From positions 1-15,515 of the forward strand of contig JAQGDQ010002083.1 in NCBI GenBank assembly GCA_030141605.1: a stretch of 15,515 bases of DNA. Reading direction: 5' to 3'. Origin of the DNA: Tubiluchus corallicola. Its lineage: Eukaryota > Animalia > Priapulida. Below, in pieces: positions 10,262 through 15,515 of the stretch. The notes beneath the pieces are model-generated. The model saw only the letters and a list, made by a program, of their open reading frames with translations, was not told where the DNA came from and ran no database searches. Every line of letters starts with the position of its first letter. The first letter of the stretch is position 1. Both the position numbers and the translations under genes were made by a program.

Positions 10262-11353
10262 ATGGAACTCAATGTTCTGTTTATTGACGCATCAAAAGCG
10301 TTCGATAGAGTAAACTATCTCAAACTGTTCCTAAACCTTGTCAATACTGACCTACCAAATGTAGTAATTAGACTTTTGCTTTTTTATTATACGGAACAAC
10401 GTATGTTGGTTAGATGGGATATATATAACTCTGATAGTTTTGCAGTAGGTAACGGAATTCGTCAAGGTGGAAAAATGTCTCCACTGTTATTCAACTTCTA
10501 TTTTAAAAATCTTAGTGCTGCACTTACTGACTCTGGTGTGGGTTGTCATATTGCTGAAGCCTGCTTTAATCACTTGATGTACGCTGACGACATACGTCTT
10601 TTAGCAACAAACTCGACGGCTTTGCAGAGACTGCTAGATATTTTTAATAAATTTGCTAAAGAATATGATATCCTTGTAAATGTGAATAAGACTAAACTTG
10701 TCACGTTTCGCTCCGCCCACATGCAGCAGTTTACTTTTGGGTCTGTTGTTTTGCAGTGTAAAAGTTTTGTACCTAGTAAAAAGGAAAATATCTGGGTCAT
10801 ATTTTATCAGATGACAATAGAGATGATTTACGTATGTTACGACAATGTTCAATTTACTATGGTAGAGCAAATAAATTACTCATGAAATTCACTCACTGTT
10901 CAGTTAACCTGAAGAGGACAATTGTTTAATGCTTACTGCACTACTTTTTATTGTATGTCCACTTGGAGACATTTTTATTCTTACAATCTTAGCAAACTCA
11001 AGGTTGCATATAATGTATCAACACGGAAGCTGTTTAACTTTTCATATGATACGAGCGCCAGATATATTTCTACTAGACTTTATATTATTTATTTTGATGT
11101 TATTCACAGAAAATGTGCATACAGTTTATTCGTCAGGCTGAATAAGAGTGAAAATTTTCTATGCTAGAACATTTTAAACAGTGATGTAAAGTTTACTTCT
11201 GTAATTAGATGTCATTGGCATAGTTTGTTTTATCGTTAATTGTTATTTGCGTTATTGTTGTGTGTCATGATTTATTGTATTATTTGTATAATTTGTGATG
11301 TGTATATGAACTTAGTGAAGTTTGAAATAAAATATTAACTCTAAATCTAAATC
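10262..11353 (+). mobile_element. 5'-truncated LINE, RTE-X-like; RT domain to 3' end, frameshifted
   Basis: RT motifs FIDASKAFDRV, GIRQGGKMSPLLFNFY and NHLMYADDI. After a frameshift near 10780-10789 it continues KYLGHILSDDNRDD...LFNAYCTTFY...KLKVAYN...; premature TAG at 11165-11167, terminal TAA at 11237-11239, AATAAA at 11326-11331 and a (TCTAAA)n tail. Clade assignment is from recalled motif style. Confidence 0.9.
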
Positions 11354-11914
11354 AATTCCTACTCAAATTGATGGAAAAAGTAAAAAAGAAAAGAGCAAAG
11401 AAAACGAAGAAAAGATCTTTAAACTACGAAATCATTTCCTAAAAACAAGACTAGGAAGAAAGCGAAAAAAACGCAAAACAACCTGTGGAAATGCGCAAGA
11501 AAAAATAGTAACAGGATCAGACATGGGCTCTCTTGGATTCCAGTGTTTGGGTAGGCATGGGGATAAGGTCGTATTGCATTGCTGCATAAATTTCTCGCAT
11601 GGTGCGCGCTGTTGAGCATTTTTAAAGGGTGTATGATTACTTGCACTGCTTGGAGTCTTCAATTTGGTGCGTTTTTTTTTTCAAAACTCTGTCTTAATCT
11701 CTTGCGGTTAGACAGTCTTGGAATAACTATTGTACAGCTGAACAACCTTTTAAAGTCTCAATTGATATATTTACTGCAATGCTCATGTCATTGCTTTAAT
11801 TATTGAGCTGCATTTTCGTAAAGTAATTTCTCAACTTTTTGCTTTTATTGGTATGCAGATCATTACTGAAGACAGTTTTTTTAGTTTTTTCTTATGAGAG
11901 TGGACAGTAATCTT

Positions 11915-11940
11915 GAGAGAGAGAAGGAGAGAGAGGGAGG

Positions 11941-12002
<62 letters not shown>

Positions 12003-12072
12003 CAGAGAGAGAGAGACAGACAGAGACAGAGAGAGAGAGGGAGAGAGAGACAGAGAGAGGGAGAGAGAGGGA

Positions 12073-12133
<61 letters not shown>

Positions 12134-12171
12134 GCGCGCGCGCTCGCACGCACGCACGCACACGCACACGC

Positions 12172-12204
<33 letters not shown>
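11915..12204. repeat. Compound (GA)n-(CA)n-(CG)n-(CACG)n-(CA)n microsatellite
   Basis: GA/GACA at 11915-12073, then alternating purine-pyrimidine at 12074-12204. Confidence 0.97.
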
Positions 12205-12208
<4 letters not shown>

Positions 12209-12706
12209 CCGCTTTAACTGTTAGAAAATATACATGAATCTAGTTTGAAATTGCATGATGATATTTGTAGGAAACGCTGTTGTTGTTAATTATTGTTATT
12301 AAGCTTTAAAATTTCATAACTGTTATTCTCTGACACAGAATGGGTACTTACAGAGCAGCGAGTTTGTAATTATAACATTTTGACTTTGTGCCTATATAGC
12401 GATTCAGACACAATGAGCTCCTTCTAGACACGTTTGCTACAAGACATCCGAAATTAGCACCATGGTTTTAGGCTTTGCATATATACGTGTGTGTTAACTA
12501 AAGATGTTTGTTTGTTTGTTTCAAAAAAGGTTTTTGTTTGCTTTGTGAAAATATTTGCTACTGGCATTTCTTTGGTAATGGAAACCCAAACACATGCAAA
12601 AACACAGAAAAGAACAGGCATAAGCAGAAACTTGTATGGTACAATAGTAAACAATAGCTTTTAAAATTGCATCAAGGCACACAAAGTGTAGTTTTCGAAG
12701 CAGTGT

Positions 12707-13324
12707 TACGGGTACACAGAGTGCTGCTTTGATTTGTCTCTCAGAGTTAGTAAGCTATGGGGAACATGCTAGCTGGACAGGGTTTTCGACTTTAGCACAT
12801 AAGTGTGTATTAAATGAAGAGGTTTTCGGGTACGGGTACACAGAGTGCTGCTTTGATTTGTCTCCCAGAGTTAGCAAGCTATGGGGAACATGCTAGCTGG
12901 ACAGGGTTTTCGACTTCAATACATACGTGTGTATTAAATGAAGAGGTTTTCGGGTACGGGTACACAGAGTACTGCTTTGATTTGTCTCCCAGAGTTAGTA
13001 AGCTATGGGGAACATGCTAGCTGGACAGGGTTTTCGACTTCAGTACATACGTGTGTATTAAATGAAGAGGTTTCCGGGTACGGGCACACAGAGTACTGCT
13101 TTGATTTGTCTCCCAGAGTTAGTTTGCCATGGGGAACATGCTAGCTGGACAGGGTTTTCGACTTCAGTACATACGTGTGTATTAAATGAAGAGGTTTTCG
13201 GGTACGGGTACACAGAGTGCTGCTTTGATTTGTCTCCCAGAGTTAGTAAGCTATGGGGAACATGCTAACTGGACAGGGTTTTCGACTTCAGTACATACGT
13301 GTGTATTAAATGAAGAGGTTTTCG
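12707..13324. repeat. Tandem array, 5 x 124 bp
   Basis: Units start TACGGG(T/C)ACACAGAGT at 12707, 12831, 12955, 13079 and 13203, with a few substitutions per copy; the last unit is 2 nt short. Confidence 0.97.
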
Positions 13325-13937
13325 TCTTTCGCTAGCTAAGGGGAACGGAACACCTGCGATAAGTGAGGGAACACTGCAATATACAATGAAATACATACAT
13401 TTATGATTTATATGCATATGAAATATATATATATGCTCTGTTATATGATTTCCTTGAAAGCAGCTAGGAAATTGCCTCAATTCGGTTTTCAGGGCAGTCG
13501 CATACCCATCTGTTAACCAGTCTCGACGTGGTTTAACTTTCGTGACTAAACACGTATCATCAGTCCTCAATTGTATACACACAAAAACTGTTTGTCTCCA
13601 TTTACAGTTTCTGAGAACAATGATTCCTCGATGACAGTTTTGTCACATTACTCTTCCTTCTCCTCGTCAAAGATGTCTTTCTTCGAGATTAATGTTTTCA
13701 GTTCCTGAAGTTCTGTCATTCGAAATATTAGCGAAGGTTAGTTAGCTTAGGTCTGCCGGTTTGAATTTTAACTGTGATATGCATATAATTTATGATTTAT
13801 TGGGTATAAAATACACGATTACAGAGAAACATGGCGACTGTCTCAATTTTTTTACGAGACAATGGGCGTTCATTCGAAAAATAGTTCAAATAATTTTTCA
13901 TAAATATTGTTAGGAAGGCAAATTTTGAAATCTTGAA

Positions 13938-14703
<766 letters not shown>

Positions 14704-14843
14704 ATAATGATATAATATAATAATATATTATTATATATATTATAATATATAATAATAATAATGATGATAATAATAATAATTATAATAATAATGATAATAA
14801 TAATAATAACAATAATAATGATAATAATATATAATTATAATAT
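14704..14843. repeat. Degenerate (AAT)n / AT-only low-complexity tract
   Basis: Direct observation. Confidence 0.92.
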
Positions 14844-15019
14844 TGAGCTGAACAGGTGAAAGTGCATTGTACAGTTCTATTCATAGGTACCAGGCCAACC
14901 AACCTACAGGTAATGTTATGACCTCCACTTTAAACTAGGAAGCCCATGACATTACCTGAGATTGGTTTCTGCTTTTAATATACCCAGGTTATATGCCAGC
15001 TCGTACTGCGTAGTTAGGA

Positions 15020-15225
15020 TTTTCAAAGTAGAGGAAAACAATAGGGAAATTTGTATGAATTCAAACCGGATCAAAGATACAAATTACTTCTGACAATGAT
15101 GATCATTTCCTGACCAACGCGCATCAAGTCTGTGGTCACCGGGGGCAGTTTCTGGACACAGTTTAATCGTGAAATAGTGCAGAAGCAGACAAGCCAGACA
15201 TGTAGGAGTTGCTAGACCAACCGTC
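15020..15225 (+). mobile_element. Highly decayed Gypsy/Ginger-type integrase zinc-binding (HHCC) fragment
   Basis: Across frameshifts: GNLYEFKPDQRYKLLL / DNDDHFLTNAHQVCGHRG / SFWTQFNREIVQKQTSQTCRSC*TNR, matching the order G.LY...L.L...IL..AH...GH.G...FW...R..V......C..CQ. Confidence 0.45.
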
Positions 15226-15257
15226 TGGCTATGACCAGTGTGAGAACTGTTATACAA

Positions 15258-15515
15258 ACTGCTACTACACTACTACTACACTACCATTACCATTACCACT
15301 ACCATTACCACTACCACTACCACCACCACTACCACTACCACTACCATTACCACTACCATTACCACTACCACTACCACCACTATCACTACCACCACCACTA
15401 TCATTACCACTACCATTACCATTACCATTACCATTACCACTACCACTACCACTACCACTACCATTACCACTACCACAACTACTACCACTACCACTGCCAC
15501 TACCACTATCACTAC
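15258..15515. repeat. (ACT/ACC/ATT)n trinucleotide and (ACCACT/ACCATT)n hexamer microsatellite, running off the window end
   Basis: Direct observation; explains the poly-Val/Met ORF. Confidence 0.96.

Noticed and set aside
10262-10885. Intact or domesticated RT gene, or a prokaryotic RT system such as a retron or DGR
   Set aside because: It is 5'-truncated, frameshifted and has a premature stop, with a LINE-type C-terminus and tail; no TSD could be identified.
12707-13324. 124-bp and 92-bp arrays as CRISPR arrays, or the three 68-aa ORFs as a gene cluster
   Set aside because: Units are head-to-tail with no unique spacers, there are no cas genes, the context is eukaryotic, and unit lengths are not multiples of 3.
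15096-15115. C/D snoRNA box C ATGATGA with nearby CTGA (also ATGATGA at 6487)
   Set aside because: No terminal D box at suitable spacing and no closing stem; the first lies within the integrase relic.

Overview
Repeat-saturated, AT-rich metazoan (probably invertebrate) intergenic or intronic DNA. I cannot support any host protein-coding gene, and most listed ORFs are translated microsatellites. Well-supported content: a 5'-truncated RTE LINE with a target-site duplication (9023-9690, minus), a 5'-truncated RTE-X-like LINE (10262-11353, plus), a CR1/Crack-like LINE 3' end (about 7520-8075), a TTAA-flanked Kolobok-type MITE (1641-2100) with an older inverted relative (3649-4211), a tRNA-derived SINE head (5083-5192, minus), an inverted pair of microsatellite-carrying repeats (896-1415 and 8104-8450), a 3x92-bp array derived from a LINE reverse-transcriptase motif, a 5x124-bp array and many simple repeats. 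Weaker signals are decayed hAT, Gypsy/Ginger-integrase and PHD-finger relics, a solo-LTR-like segment, a pre-miRNA-like hairpin and a near-miss hammerhead core. I found no convincing new biological system; the best leads concern satellite birth from transposon coding sequence and candidate structured RNAs. All alignments and translations were done by eye.
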